Below the pieces are notes generated by a model. It was not told the origin of the DNA, searched no databases, and was given only the letters and a program-made list of their open reading frames with translations. 64,000 nucleotides of DNA, taken from the NCBI GenBank assembly GCA_965603825.1, contig CBFDEM010000011.1, positions 248,001-312,000 of the forward strand, written 5' to 3'. This document shows, piece by piece, positions 31,998 to 44,600 of the stretch (its first letter is position 1; the number at the start of each line of letters is the position of its first letter). Made by a program: the position numbers and the translations under genes. The DNA comes from Blepharisma stoltei ATCC 30299 (Eukaryota > Protista > Ciliophora).

Positions 31998-34851
31998 CTA
32001 ATTTTCATGTTCTTCTTGCAAGCTTCTTTGATGTAGTTCTGTGACAACTCTTGCTAGGTGCTCTCTTTCTCTTTCATGAATTTTCTGTCTTTCTTCTGCT
32101 CTTTGAGTCAACGCATGAGAAGTAGGCAGCATAACAGTTTTAGCTTGAACTCTTCCTCCTTTTTTGAATAATAATTTAAAATTCCCACTATTAGAAGCAT
32201 CACTAAAAACAGTAGGAATTTCTTTTTCTTTGATAATCCCCACACTTTTGGCTTCGTGGATGCTTTCTGTAATAAAATCTTCAAGCTCGTTGTCGAATTC
32301 TTTTTCTTCTTCACTTGAATTTGTGTCAAATGAAGGGATTTTCATCATTTCAGGGGTTTTTGGGTCTTTTGACTCTTCTTCAGATTCAGAGTCGTTTATG
32401 TGCTTTCTTTCTTCTTCTAGTAGCTTTCTCATGATTTCTTTATAATTTTCTCTGTTGAGTTTTGGATTCGGCTTAAAAGTCTCCAAAATATCAGTCACCA
32501 AAAATTCCATGTCTTTAGTAATAGATGGTTTTGTGATCAAAAAGTACTGGAAATGGGTTAAAAAACGGTTGATTTTTTGTCGATGCTTGTCAACTATAAA
32601 GTATTCTTTAACTGAGTCTAGAAGCGACCATATAAGTTTAGCTCGAAAAGTATCAGTGGGGTCATCATTTTCATTTTTATAATAAAGTAACGCAAATAGC
32701 ATATCATATACAAGCTCCTTGTCTATTATTTTATAGCAGTAAAGTTCGCCGAAGAATTTCACTATTAATACTCGATGCTGGCATTTTCTGAAATTATTTT
32801 CTTTTAAGTCCATTAAAATGTCTTCGCAGGTAGTGTCGATTAAGCTGTGGATGGTTTCTGAAAGAGGGGAATGTTTTCGGATCCCAGCAAGCATATTAGC
32901 AATAATGGGGATATTTTGAATTTTTCCTTTAGAAACCATTTGGATAATCGCTTTCACTATAAATTCTTCACTTTCAGGGAATGGTAGCATTTTTATGTCC
33001 TTGATTGTCTTTTCACAAGTGCTTGGCTCCAGGTTCTTTATTAACCATTTTATGTATTCATATAAAATTGGCGTTGACTTTTTCTTCTGCACTTTTTCAC
33101 GTGGGACACACGAATAGCAAGATTCATCAACCATATGCTCAGTTTCTGGCGGAAGATGCTTTTTAGTTTTCAATCTTTGCATTCTTGATACCATAAGTGT
33201 TATTCTCTCATTAGTGACTGGATGCTTATATAAATATCTTCCACAGGAATTCAGAGTATGGCAAGCAATTTCTATATTTTGCCCACTGAAACCGCTGAGA
33301 CACGACTCTAAGCAGTTTATTAGTAAACTTGGCTGGGCAATTTGGAATTTTAGTAATTCTGACATCAACTTTACTTGTCTTATACAGTTATCAGTGGATG
33401 TAGCGTCGTTTTGCTCTTGAAACTGTTTGAAGTCGCTTTCCAGCTTTTGGAGCAGCCAATTATTGACATCTTTAAACTCTCTTCCTACAATAGCTATCAG
33501 CCTTGCATAGAACGGCAATAAATGCAAGGTTGTTGTTTTAGAAGCCCCAACAAGTCCAACTAATGCTTTTCTATTAGATTTATTTGCAATATGTAAAAAT
33601 TCTTCAGCAAGTGTATCAGCTTCTTCTTTTGATACACACTGTCCGAATTTTTTCTTAAAAGTTTCGAACTCCGCCTTCAAGTCCTTATGCTCTTCTTTAT
33701 TTTTTCTTTCTTCAAATATAGGCAATTTTAAATAAAAATTTTTTTCTTCCTCACTGTCAAAAATATTTTCTATGATAACTTCTTTGATTTCTTCTACGAC
33801 TTCTATAGGCTTTTCTTCTATTAGAACAGGTGGCTCAAAGCCTGAAACATCACTCATTATCTGTAGAGCTGTAAAGCATTTATTTAGCTTATTTCTAAGC
33901 CCGACCGCTTCAGCTGAGCTTTCTTCGTCTACTACGCTGCGCTCAATTTTTATTTGGGTGTTGCGGGCTTCGACTTTTTTGCATTTATCGTGAAGGTCTA
34001 GTAGATATTTCATAGAAGATTCATAAAACTGGGTCAATATTTTATTTAATATTTTTTGCTCATTTTCATCAAGAACTTTTAGCCTGTTCATAGGAACAAT
34101 TTGACGGGTTTCTAATAAAATTTTTTCAGAAACTGGAGGAAAGCCTAATAATTCTTCAGAACGGTACCGAAATATAGAGGATAAAATTGATAAAGAGTTT
34201 TCCAGGTTTTCGCCTTGAGATGTAGCCCTATTGGTAAATTACATAGTTTTGGATTACCCTAAGATAGCCTTTTGTGTCTTCCCATAGACCATGGATGATT
34301 AATTCTGTAATAAAGCGTAGGATACTTCTTTTTCTGACGTTATCACTCTCTTTATGCTGCTTTTTGAGGCATTCTTCTAATGTTTTTGAAAAGCTTGGAT
34401 ATCTTTGGTGCAGGCCACAGCAACAATCTATTAAAAAAGGAAGCTCTTTTAACTGCATTTTGGTTTCGCTTATAGAGCCTGCTACTTCTGATACATATCT
34501 ATTTAAATTCAAGCTATCCATTTCTTGAATTATTGCTTCTGCAGATTCCTCGCTGAATGTTTTAAGCTTTTTTATGAATTTTTGGATTCTATCTACTTTG
34601 GTTATTAATCCTTTCTTTTCTGGTTGAGGAGATTTTGTGCAGATTTTGTTTAAGTATCTCATTTTGCGTTTGTGGATTTCTTGGTCTCTTGATTGGATAT
34701 ACTTTTGCTTGGCTTCTTCAGAAAATGGAGAAAGGTCAGGCATTTCTTCTATTTGCGGCTCGTAGTAATCTTTGGAGCCTTTTCCTGATTGAGCGCCTGC
34801 TGAATTGATTAATGCAAGGTCTTCTGCTGAAAAGCCTAAGTCTTCCATCAT
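31998..34851 (-). CDS. UPF2: Nonsense-mediated decay factor UPF2 (MIF4G repeats), about 945 aa
   Basis: FIKKLK, LNLNRYVSEVA..I.E, LHQRYPSF, IFDSEEEKNFY, LLPFYARLIA, NIEIACH.L.SCGRYL, KFFGELY.Y, DP.D.FR.KL. The two exons join only if 16 nt (34227-34242) are removed. Confidence 0.9.
34227..34242 (-). other. Putative non-canonical 16-nt intron GTAATTTACCAATAGG (GT-GG)
   Basis: The 15-nt GT-AG version frameshifts UPF2; the 16-nt version restores the frame. Position 10 is C and position 11 is A, which is -6 only for the 16-nt form. Confidence 0.65.
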
Positions 34852-35012
34852 TAATTATTAATTTCTTAGGAAGCATATGCAGGATAATACCGTAAATTAT
34901 CTATATCAAGCAGTATACCTGCAATTCTTTTCTACTATTTACGAAACTTCTTCATACTTACTATAAAACTATAAATTTTAAATGAAAATATTAAGAAATA
35001 AATCCAAATATT

Positions 35013-36122
35013 ATGAGTACTCCTATATCTACTCAAAAAATTCCAAAAACCCTTGCAAGAGATTCCAGCGACTCCAAGCCTAAAAAATCCTTCCAATGAC
35101 TATTAGAAAAAGACCCAAGTGAGATCATTGAAGTAAACCTCCCAGACATTCAAATCAGCAGCCCAGAAATTTTGGTAGAAAACACCAGATCTCAGCACAA
35201 CATAGATTTAAACCACGAGCTTGACCAAATTTATTCTAGGACTACTAGAAGTGCTAAAAAGAAACAGATTTCTGAAGAAATCACCAGATGTCCATCAGTA
35301 TCTGAGTTTCCTCCATGGTATAGCTTGTGCAAAGAAATTCATATAATTTCATCAATGAATTTAGAGTGGCTACAATACCCTAGCACTGAAGAAGAAAGCC
35401 TGGGTATATTTAATGCGAGCCAAGGGTTAACAAACGATAAACACGACATATATCAAGCCATGCTATACTGAACCTGCTCCAATTTAGACGAAAATGATTG
35501 GTTGATTTCTTTGAAAAGCGTATTTTACACATTTGCATTTAATAAAATTGACTGATTTTATGTAATTTTCAGAAAGATTTTGGTACTATTCAAAAAAGAT
35601 AATCAAAAGCCTACAGTTTTAATATTTAATCCCACATTACAGCTGATTTCAAATTTAAAGAAATATTCAATTGAAAATGAGGAAAATGTTGAAATCGATA
35701 ACTTGCAAGGCTACAGAAAAAATAAAAAATTATCTCCTGTAACTTTGAAAGGAAAATCAGTTTTTCGATTTTATAATTATCTTATAAATAATCATAGTGA
35801 TGCCAAGATAATTTCACCTCATTTTTTTCTCAATGGGACTTTGAAATACCTAAATTTATTATACTGTGGAGAAGTGAAATCATTAGGAATCCCTGAGCTT
35901 TCTGAAGGCTCTCAGTTCAAAATTCAGAAAAAATACAAGTTGTCAATCGAAGGACCAATCAGCCCGCAAGCAGTAAAAATCCTTTGTATGGTATTACAGA
36001 ATAGAAACACTCCGTTTACAATAAATTTGGTCCCAGATCTTTTTTCTTCCCAAGCGTTTTGTCCTCATACGATTTCCTGACTAAATGGGAGCTATTCTAT
36101 ATCATCTACTTCACTATGTTAA
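35013..36122 (+). CDS. DONSON: DONSON-like replication/CMG assembly factor
   Basis: Single frame via TGA=Trp. PPWYSLCKEIHIISSMNLEW, AMLYW, W..SLKSVF...WFYV, FYNYLIN, IISPHFFLNGTLK.L and LSIEGPISP follow the order of DONSON conserved blocks (recognised from memory). Confidence 0.7.
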
Positions 36123-36133
36123 TAATAATTTTA

Positions 36134-36991
36134 TTAATTAAAAGATGTGGTATTCGGCCTAGCAGTGCTTGCTAAATCTAAACTCATGATTTTCAGTGCT
36201 AAAGTTTTCTCATTCATACTTTGAGTTCTTTCATGGCTTGGAGGAACCCAAAGAGTAGATAGCGCAGATTGTCTCCATTTAGCTTCTGTAGTTGTTTTCC
36301 AAAATGTAGAGCAAGGATCGTCAGATTTCCTCATCTTGGTTTCATATGTTTTTTCATTAGCTTGCCTTTTGAAATTTGCATTGAATTTAGCATTTAAAGA
36401 TAAATTCTGGATTGAAATCACAGCAAAATCAAAAGGGATATGTAGCGTTCGGCCTAATTTGGCTAAATCTTTAATAGCTTTAAAAATTGCATTGTGGGTA
36501 TCCTTAACTATATTTTTGTCTAAATAGCATGCCATAGCAATAGGTACGGGGTTGCAGTAAATCATTTGAAAACCTCTCTGATAAATTGATCGCTGAGATG
36601 CTGGTTTTTCTAAATAATTTTTCCCATGATATCTTGCTAACACATACTGAAGTGTTGTATCAGGGACAAAAATTGGGAAATTTTTGTGGAGATGTTGCCT
36701 TTCTAGTCTTTGCTCATTAATGTCTCCAAGATTTGGATTTATAGAACCTATTCGAGGAAGCTCAGTCTCAATAATAAATGTAAAAGCACCAAAATTAGGG
36801 ATGTTTACCCCTTTTCCTTGTAACAGTTTTTCATGGATATATTCAACAGTAGCTTTCCAGATCAATTGCATTTGAGAAGCAGGCTCAACAGGCTTTAATG
36901 AATGGTCAGATCGTGGCTGAGATGTAGAATGAGTGCCTGGGTATCTTTGAGGGTTTCTAAGAATTCATTCGATAATTGCTTCAATATCCAT
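36134..36991 (-). CDS. CCDC81: CCDC81-like HU-domain protein
   Basis: IWKATVEYIHEKLLQGKGVNIPNFGAFTF, P.FVP. Extended 5' to ATG 36991 through one TGA. Confidence 0.7.
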
Positions 36992-37278
36992 TATAATTTT
37001 CTAATAGAGATTATTAATTTCTAGCATTTTCTTGTTGAGTTAATGATAATTAATATTAAAATGTGTTTATTCAATTTTGATTTTCTAATTATAATCTCTT
37101 GAATGCTATTTACTAAAAAAAGCACAAAAGCATTGATTATAAATTATATAAAAACATTAAATTACAATATTTCCAAAAATTTGTTTTCAAATTATAATTT
37201 TTCTTTACCTTCCATATGCTATAAATACATATTATGCAAATAAAGTTTATTAGATTATGAAAATTCTTCCTATTCAAA

Positions 37279-38289
37279 ATGGATTCATACATGAATTCTT
37301 CTTTTCATTCTCCTCGCACTATTTTACAAAAATTCATAAGCTTTACTCCAAAAAGCTCTATAGAACGAGAAGGTACAGCAGTGTCTACAAATTTTGACCA
37401 ATTAAATGCTAGCACAAAATCAGAATTATCTCCATCTTCCCAATATGAAGAATCCACGATATCAAGGCTTCATTCCTCTTACAAGCAGCATGACTATTGA
37501 ATTGAAGAACAAAAATTTAGGAAATATTTATCGGAAAAACTTGCAATGCAGCAAAAGCCAAATATTAATAAAAATTCAAAAACATTGTATGCGTCGAAAC
37601 TGAAGCCAATCTATCAAAGGATAAACGATGTGATTAAGCAAAGAGAAGTGATGCTAAATAAAATGCAAGAAGAGAGCGAAAATAAAAAGAAAGAACAGGA
37701 AGACAAAGAATGTACTTTTAGACCGAATAGCAGAAATAACACCCCTAAAAGAAATGAAAACAGAATCAATGAATCTTTTAATAGTCCAGGGAAGCTTGTT
37801 AATAGGAAAGTTGAACCAAAATTGACTGAAAACAATATAAACAAATCAAATATAGTTCAAAAGCAGCCTGATAAATTAAAGCAAGATAATAGATCAGAAA
37901 CTCCTAAAATAATAAGAAAAACACACGAAAATATAAGTATAGTAACCACAAAAACTGCTAAAAAGCTTCCTAAAACAATAAATAGATCAAAAACACCTCA
38001 AACATTCCGAACTTCACCAGAGAAGAAAATGCAAACACACAGATTAAAAGCCCAAGCTGGATACTCGCCACATCCCACTACACTTTCTTTTTCTGAAGAA
38101 TTTCAATTTTATTCCCCATCAAAGTCTCAATCTCCTTCCCCAATAAAATCCCGGCCAAAATCTCCTTCTCCAACTCCCCCAGAAAATATATTTTACAGTC
38201 TGCCTAAGTATTTGAGCAATTCTCCTTTACATTCACATGCTTATAAAATTGAAATTTCTTCTCTGAGTGCTTTAAAAAGTCCAAAATAA
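37279..38289 (+). CDS. Low-complexity basic Ser/Pro-rich protein with a KECTFRP motif
   Basis: ORFs 37279-37500 and 37546-38289 are in frame across one TGA. KPNINKNS and ECTFRPN motifs are seen in many ciliate cytoskeleton-associated proteins (inference). Confidence 0.7.
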
Positions 38290-38392
38290 AATTAATTAAT
38301 TTCCTATGTATATTATTCTTTAATTATTTTTTATTTCTATGAAATTCATTATTCAATTCTTACTTTAAACTGAACCCCAACCGTTATTATAA

Positions 38393-40921
38393 ATGGGAGA
38401 AGAAGTTTTCGAAAGGGTGCTCCAAGACCTAAGCCTGGCGCCAACTGAATATGAAGCTCTAGAAAGAGACTTCCAAATCATGCTTCAAGAAATGCAAGGC
38501 GACCAAACCCTAGAAAGGTTCAGACAAGAATATGAAAAACTCCACAGGACCCTTAAGCGTTCACATGAAATCGAAAAAAGACTCATAAAAAGATGCAGGG
38601 AGCTTAATAGAGACATACAATTAAATGCCAAAGGTGTTCAAGATGCGCTAAGGATGGCACAAAAAGATAGCGAAAACATCAAGTCACTGAAAACTGAAGT
38701 TGAAAAAGCATGGAAATTAGTGGATTCTCATAAAGAAAAAGAAGAACGTAGTAAGCAGACCATTCATAACCTGAAGCAAGAAATTAGCCAGCTAGGCAAG
38801 ATTGTGGAGCAAGGGTCAGGAATTTCTGTCAACCAGGAAAGCACGATTAAAGAGCTCATGGAAGAACGTGATAGACTTTTGTCAGAGCGAGAAGCTCAGG
38901 TTGCGAAACTTACTAACCTGCATAATGAAAATTTTACTATTACAGACAAAGTCCATAAGCTAGAAAGCGAAATACTGGGACTTGACAGTGAAAAGAAAAA
39001 CCTTAAAGACATTATTTCTCAACATAGAAGTAACACAGAAAGAGAAGAAAGAAGAAGAAAAAGACTTGAAGGTGAGCTAGAACAAGCTACAAAAAAGCGA
39101 AATGAGCTGGAATCTGATGTAAACGATAAAGAAAAACAACGAGAAGACTCCAAACAAGATCTAGATAAAATGATAGAAGAATGGGAAAACTTGAAAAAGA
39201 GTGTTATAGATATTTCTAAACAAATACAAGAATGTAGAGACAACACTAAAAAAGTGGAAGTTGAGCAGAAAACACAAAGCGAGCTGAATAAACAATTAGA
39301 GCAAAACAGAAAAGAGAATGTAAGGATCCTTGAAGAGCTTGACATGAAAATTTTAGAGCTCAGAAAACAAAACCAGCAGCTCACAAGAGACATAATCAAG
39401 CAGAAAAAAACCAATAAAAATCTCACAAATATCATAGGTGACGCCAATCTCCAAAAAGAATCAGCAAAGCAGAATATTTACAATCTTGGCAAAGTTATAG
39501 AAGCAGCCAAGCGTCAAGCTGAAGAAGACCGCAAAATCATCATTTCTTTACAAGATGACTTAAAAAAAATAGAAGACAATGTAAGAAATACAGAAGAAGA
39601 CACTAAGAAAAAACAAGAAGATATCAGCGAAAAAGCAAGAGCAGAAGAACATTTAAAGGCAGAAATTAAAGAAAAAGAAGAAGATGCTGCAAGACAATAT
39701 CAAGATATTATAAGGCTGAGTAAAATTAAAGAAAAATTTGGAATTGAGGCAAGCCAGGCCAATGCAAAATATTTCCAATGCTTAGAAGAAGTCAAGCTGA
39801 AAAATAACTTAATAGCTGAGCTGCAAAAGAAAAACTTAGAAGCAGAGTCAAGACTTAAACAGCAGCAAAACTTGTGTGAAGCGGTTAGAAGCGATAGAAA
39901 CCTTTACTCGAAAAATTTGATTGAAAGCCAAGATATGATTGCTGAGCTAAGGAGAAATTTCAAAATTTATCATCATCAAATTGAGCAGCTAAAAGAAGAA
40001 ATCGAAGCTAAAACTGCAGATTTAAAGGAAAAACAGTCAAAATCTTCAAAACTTTCTGGACAAAATGAAGGAATCAAGCTAAACACTGAAAAAATACAAA
40101 AAGTTATAGAGCAGCTTACAAATAGAAAAAAGAATTTGGTCAATGAAGCAACGAAGCTTAAAGAAATCATTATCGCTGCAGATAAAGAGCGTGAAGCCCA
40201 AAAAGAGCAGTATGAAAGGATCATCAATATGAGAGATTTGCTTGGGACTCAGCTTATAAGAAAAAATGACGAGTTAGCTCTTTTGTATGAAAAAATAAAA
40301 ATCCAGCAAAGCGCATTAGCAAAGGGTGAAGTCATGTACCAAGAAAGGAACGGTGATATAAGGCTTCTTAAATTCAAAATCGCTGATTTGAATCGTGAGC
40401 TTGCCATTATTACCAAACAAGCTGGCGAGATTGAATCTCTCAAGCAACAAGTATTTTTGCTCGAAGAAGAGCTGCTGCAAGAAAGAACCAAAGTTAAAGC
40501 TCTATCAGAAGAATTAGAAAATTCTATGAACACTAACAGATACCAAGAACTAGAAGGCAAAGACCCACCAGCTTTCGAACTAATTTCCAAAGTCGAAACC
40601 TTACAGCATCGTCTTATCTCTAAAACCGAACAAGTTGTCGAACAAGATGTCCTTATCCAAGAAAAGAAAAAACTCCTTATAGAGCTTAACGAAATTTTAG
40701 AAAAACAGCCAGGTGTAGACGTCGCAAGAGAGTTGTCCTTCTACAAGCAAAAATTAAGAGAAACCACCAGAAAAATGAAGAGCATTGCGAGTGAGCTGAA
40801 TATGTTCCACTCACAAGTAAATGAATATAAAGAAGATATTGAAAGACAGACAAAGGAGCTGCAGGAGTATAAAAGGAAATATTATGAGAAGAAAAGGGCA
40901 GAAAGGGAGATGACTCAGTAA
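38393..40921 (+). CDS. CFAP58: Cilia- and flagella-associated protein 58 (CCDC147)
   Basis: LERFRQEYEKLH..LK.SHE.EKRL..RCREL, LKQQQNL.EAVRSDRNLYSKNLIE, RD.LGTQLIR.NDELALLYEKIKIQQS.L.KGE, LEG.DP. Confidence 0.93.
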   Translation: MGEEVFERVLQDLSLAPTEYEALERDFQIMLQEMQGDQTLERFRQEYEKLHRTLKRSHEIEKRLIKRCRELNRDIQLNAKGVQDALRMAQKDSENIKSLKTEVEKAWKLVDSHKEKEERSKQTIHNLKQEISQLGKIVEQGSGISVNQESTIKELMEERDRLLSEREAQVAKLTNLHNENFTITDKVHKLESEILGLDSEKKNLKDIISQHRSNTEREERRRKRLEGELEQATKKRNELESDVNDKEKQREDSKQDLDKMIEEWENLKKSVIDISKQIQECRDNTKKVEVEQKTQSELNKQLEQNRKENVRILEELDMKILELRKQNQQLTRDIIKQKKTNKNLTNIIGDANLQKESAKQNIYNLGKVIEAAKRQAEEDRKIIISLQDDLKKIEDNVRNTEEDTKKKQEDISEKARAEEHLKAEIKEKEEDAARQYQDIIRLSKIKEKFGIEASQANAKYFQCLEEVKLKNNLIAELQKKNLEAESRLKQQQNLCEAVRSDRNLYSKNLIESQDMIAELRRNFKIYHHQIEQLKEEIEAKTADLKEKQSKSSKLSGQNEGIKLNTEKIQKVIEQLTNRKKNLVNEATKLKEIIIAADKEREAQKEQYERIINMRDLLGTQLIRKNDELALLYEKIKIQQSALAKGEVMYQERNGDIRLLKFKIADLNRELAIITKQAGEIESLKQQVFLLEEELLQERTKVKALSEELENSMNTNRYQELEGKDPPAFELISKVETLQHRLISKTEQVVEQDVLIQEKKKLLIELNEILEKQPGVDVARELSFYKQKLRETTRKMKSIASELNMFHSQVNEYKEDIERQTKELQEYKRKYYEKKRAEREMTQ

Positions 40922-40938
40922 GCTAAGATTGTTTTTAA

Positions 40939-41625
40939 TTATTTTTCGTAATGGTCGTCTTGTTCTAGCTGTGAAAGGAGGACACATTTATTTTTTTGTC
41001 GTAGGGAGGCTTTGTCTTTGAGCATGAAAGCTTCTTTCATGGCAGATTCTACGTTGTGACCTAGGAGCTGTAAAAATAAGGCTGCACATTCTAAAGTACA
41101 TAGATTTGTGTTATTAGACTGACGTTTACTCATAATAAGTGATGGCTTTGGCGCCGTTAGCTGAACTCGTGGTATCATTTTTGGGATCACCTTATTCAGC
41201 TTTTTCCCTTGAGCTCACGTAGAATCTAACAGCACTGCTTTAATGGGAAGATCCATGTCCAAGCTATTTTTCCATTCATCAAACGAAATAGATTTCTCTC
41301 CAGGATACAAAACACATGAATTTACCCCATCCTTCATTTCTTCTAATAGCCTATTTTTATCATCATCTAACCCATGAATATACAAACCTGTGTTATTTGG
41401 AAGCATTTTTTTAATTATGCATCCTGTGTTAGATGTTTTCTTGTACTCTTTGTAATGCATAAATACCTTAAGCTCAATGTTTGGAATATTCTCAAGAGGA
41501 GTAAGCTTTTTGCATATGCAATATTCATGTAAAACCCAACAATTTGGACATCACCTTTCTGCTTTTTTAGCTTCCACTGAGTCTATATACTGCCGCACAT
41601 AATAGTCGTTCCCAAGATGCTCCAT
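40939..41625 (-). CDS. DTWD2: DTW-domain tRNA-uridine aminocarboxypropyltransferase (DTWD2/TapT-like)
   Basis: RWCPNCW....CIC, MHYKE..K.SNTG, VLYPG, LLDSTWAQGKKL (the W of the D-[GS]-T-W motif is TGA), RQ....LCTLECAA. Confidence 0.88.
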
Positions 41626-41646
41626 TTATTTATAAATAATAATTAA

Positions 41647-44600
41647 CTACATATGTCTTGCAACTTCAAGGAAAATCTGTTTCAATGCTTCTTTTATTTC
41701 GGCTTCCTTCGCGGTAATAAGCTCACAGAGCTGTGGGAAGAGCTCAATTAAATGAGACTTCGGACCAGGACGTGACAAAACTCCTTGTGGAATTTCCAGC
41801 TTTTTAAGAGCTTGGAGTACTTCTAGGAGCTCAACAAGTCTTCCTTTCGGCAGTGGCATTTGCCCCATCATTCTTTCCTCATTTGCAAATCTTTTTAACA
41901 AATCTTTACATCTTGAAATTAAAACTGGAGTAATTCTTTTAGCTATTTTTAAGTTCAAAGGCTCTTCAGCGACTGATTTCTTCTCGTCTTCTTCTTGTGT
42001 GGCTGGTCTTGATCTTGATAAGTCAAATAGCCCAGACAAGCATACAGAGCTCAATGAGTTTTGGAATGATAATTCTTGAGAATGGAAAGCTCTGTAGTAG
42101 TTATCGCAGCACGCGTCTAATAAAGATACAAGCTTCCATTGAATTTGTGGCTGCAGATGCATTGAGGCTGGTATCATGCTTTTTTTGACGAATTCCATTA
42201 TTTTTATGTCTAGGGATTCACCAAGTCTGACAATTTCTTCTAAGTTTATTTTGCTGAGCTGAGAAATGGTTCTTTCGCTGGGATTAAGTAAATGTTCAAG
42301 AACGTCTAGCATTAATTCCCAACAGTCTAGTTTCATAATGAAAGGCAGCAGCTCTAAAAAGCTTTCTCCAACTACATACCAAAGTGGCTGAGCTCCTTTA
42401 CAGGTAACATTCATCAGCAGAATAGCTTCATTTGAGAAGCGCAGTGTCAATAAATTCTGATATGTCTTTAGAATTTCTACAATTACAGGAATTAGGCAAG
42501 AATATTCTTTCGCCGCAATATTTTGCAAAACCAACATAGCTTTTCTACAAACTGCGTCTGAATGGGAATCTTGGTTATCATACTTGCAGAACCTCAGTAT
42601 AAAATACAAATAAGACGTCAAAGAGATATCATTCACTATTAAAGTTTCTGATAATTTATCAATAAAATCAAAAACTTCTCGCTGCTCAGGCAGCAGCCTA
42701 CAGTTTGACAAAGTGGCTTCAAATTTGCTGGCTTCTAGTAAAGAATTTAATAAAATAAATAAATTTGTCAAGCATTTTTCTTGGAAAGGTTCTTGGCTTT
42801 TTGACGAATAAATTTGTGTTAAATCTTCAAGGATAATGGAAATTAATTTTGTAGGGATATTTATTTTAGAAACCTGAAGCCTGTTTGACAAAGTTGTAAA
42901 GATTTCTCAGCTGGAGCTTCATTTGGCGAAAAATAGTTCGCTTACTTTGCTGCAGCTTAGGAGTTCTCTTACAGCTTTTAGCACAGCTGTTATTATATTG
43001 GTTGTCCCATTATGGATTCCTTCTTTAAGCCTTAATATAAGCACGTCCCAATTTTTTTTGACGCTGGCCTGCTCTAGCACTTTTTCTTCATTTCTTTCTA
43101 AATTCGCTAGATAGGTTCTGAATAGTTTTCCAAGATTTTGGGTGAAAATATGGTAGGTTTCTTCTCATTGTTTTTCTAATGTGTCTCTTGAATGATGGAC
43201 AATGATTTTATCACCTTTTAATAACTGATTTTCACTTTTTCCTGCAAATTTAGGGGTTTCACTAACTATAGGATGGGCTAGGTCTGTAGGGATAGCAATT
43301 TGCAGCTTTTTCTTGCCAGGTCGTGAAGGCTGCTCAGCTCCATCTTTTGTGGTACCAAATGCAGGCTGTTCAAGAATAGGGACTTCTTGGGTAATTGTAG
43401 CGTGTTGAAAGTAAGTAGTAGAAATCCTTTGTAAAAGGCTTAAAATAATATCATGCATCAGCCGCTGCCATGCAGTCGACGATAGACAAGCTCCATGCGT
43501 AGTTAATGCTACATGTAAAGAATGAATAGCGGAATGCCTCACCTCAGGCCTGGAATCTTCACCAAGTACTTTAAGCTCTCCTAATATAAGCCACCACAAG
43601 TTTTCTTCGTCTCTACCAACCCTTCCTAAATAATCTGCAACATTTCAATACATCCCTACAGCAGAAATAGCTTGGTTTATATCTCCAGACTGGTATGCAA
43701 ATTTTGATATACAAGAAATAAGCTTTTCTAAGGAAGGCAGAAGATTTTCGTTCTGCAAGAAATCGTTTACAATAAGCTGCAAACATTTAAAGCCTATTGC
43801 AGCTTGGGTGTTTACATCAAGTCTTGATAGGATAAAAAGTAGCATCCCCCAGCCAGTTTTGTCAAGTTGGCCTCCACAGGACTGCAAAATACTAAAAAGG
43901 GCTTGAAAAACTGCTTCTTGGGTGTCTGCAAAACCAGAGCCTGAAAGATCATGTAAGCTGAGGAAAAGCGTTCTCTGCCAGTTTTTCCATTTTTCTAGCT
44001 CTGGCGGTGGAGGATAGTCTACGAAATGCTTAAAGACCTTTATAAGAATTCTTGATAGTGAATTAATGCCCATAACTCTAATATCAGCATACTTTGAATT
44101 GCAAATGCAGTCTAAATATGCAGCAAGATTTTCCCAAAATAAAGTAATTCTATTTAAATTTGTCTGTGCGACCACAATCATTTTTTCCAAGCCAAAAACT
44201 TTCATCCCGTTTAATTTTTTCTCAGATGTCGCTAATGTTTCCATAAACTCCAATGTCAATTGTCCAAGCGCTGAAACAAGGTCTAAAAGTGTGGAATCTG
44301 GCCAAATGTGGGTATTGGAAAACAAACTTTCTAAGGCTGAGCCTAAAATTTGTATATCACTGGTGTGGTTTGCGTCGTCTGACTTAGTGGAGGTATTTAA
44401 TATAAAGTCAAGCTTATGCAGAGTATCTAGGACTCGATGCCACGCTTTTACGTCTAAAATGCAGCCGAGGCAGTGAGTTATATTAAATAGAGTTTTGCAT
44501 GTGTAAATGTTTTTAAAAGACAGTGGGGTGTTTGGAGCTGGCAAACAAAATTGAGAAAGTGAAGCTAAAAAGGCTTCTCTAGCTTGAGAAAGGTTTAAAG

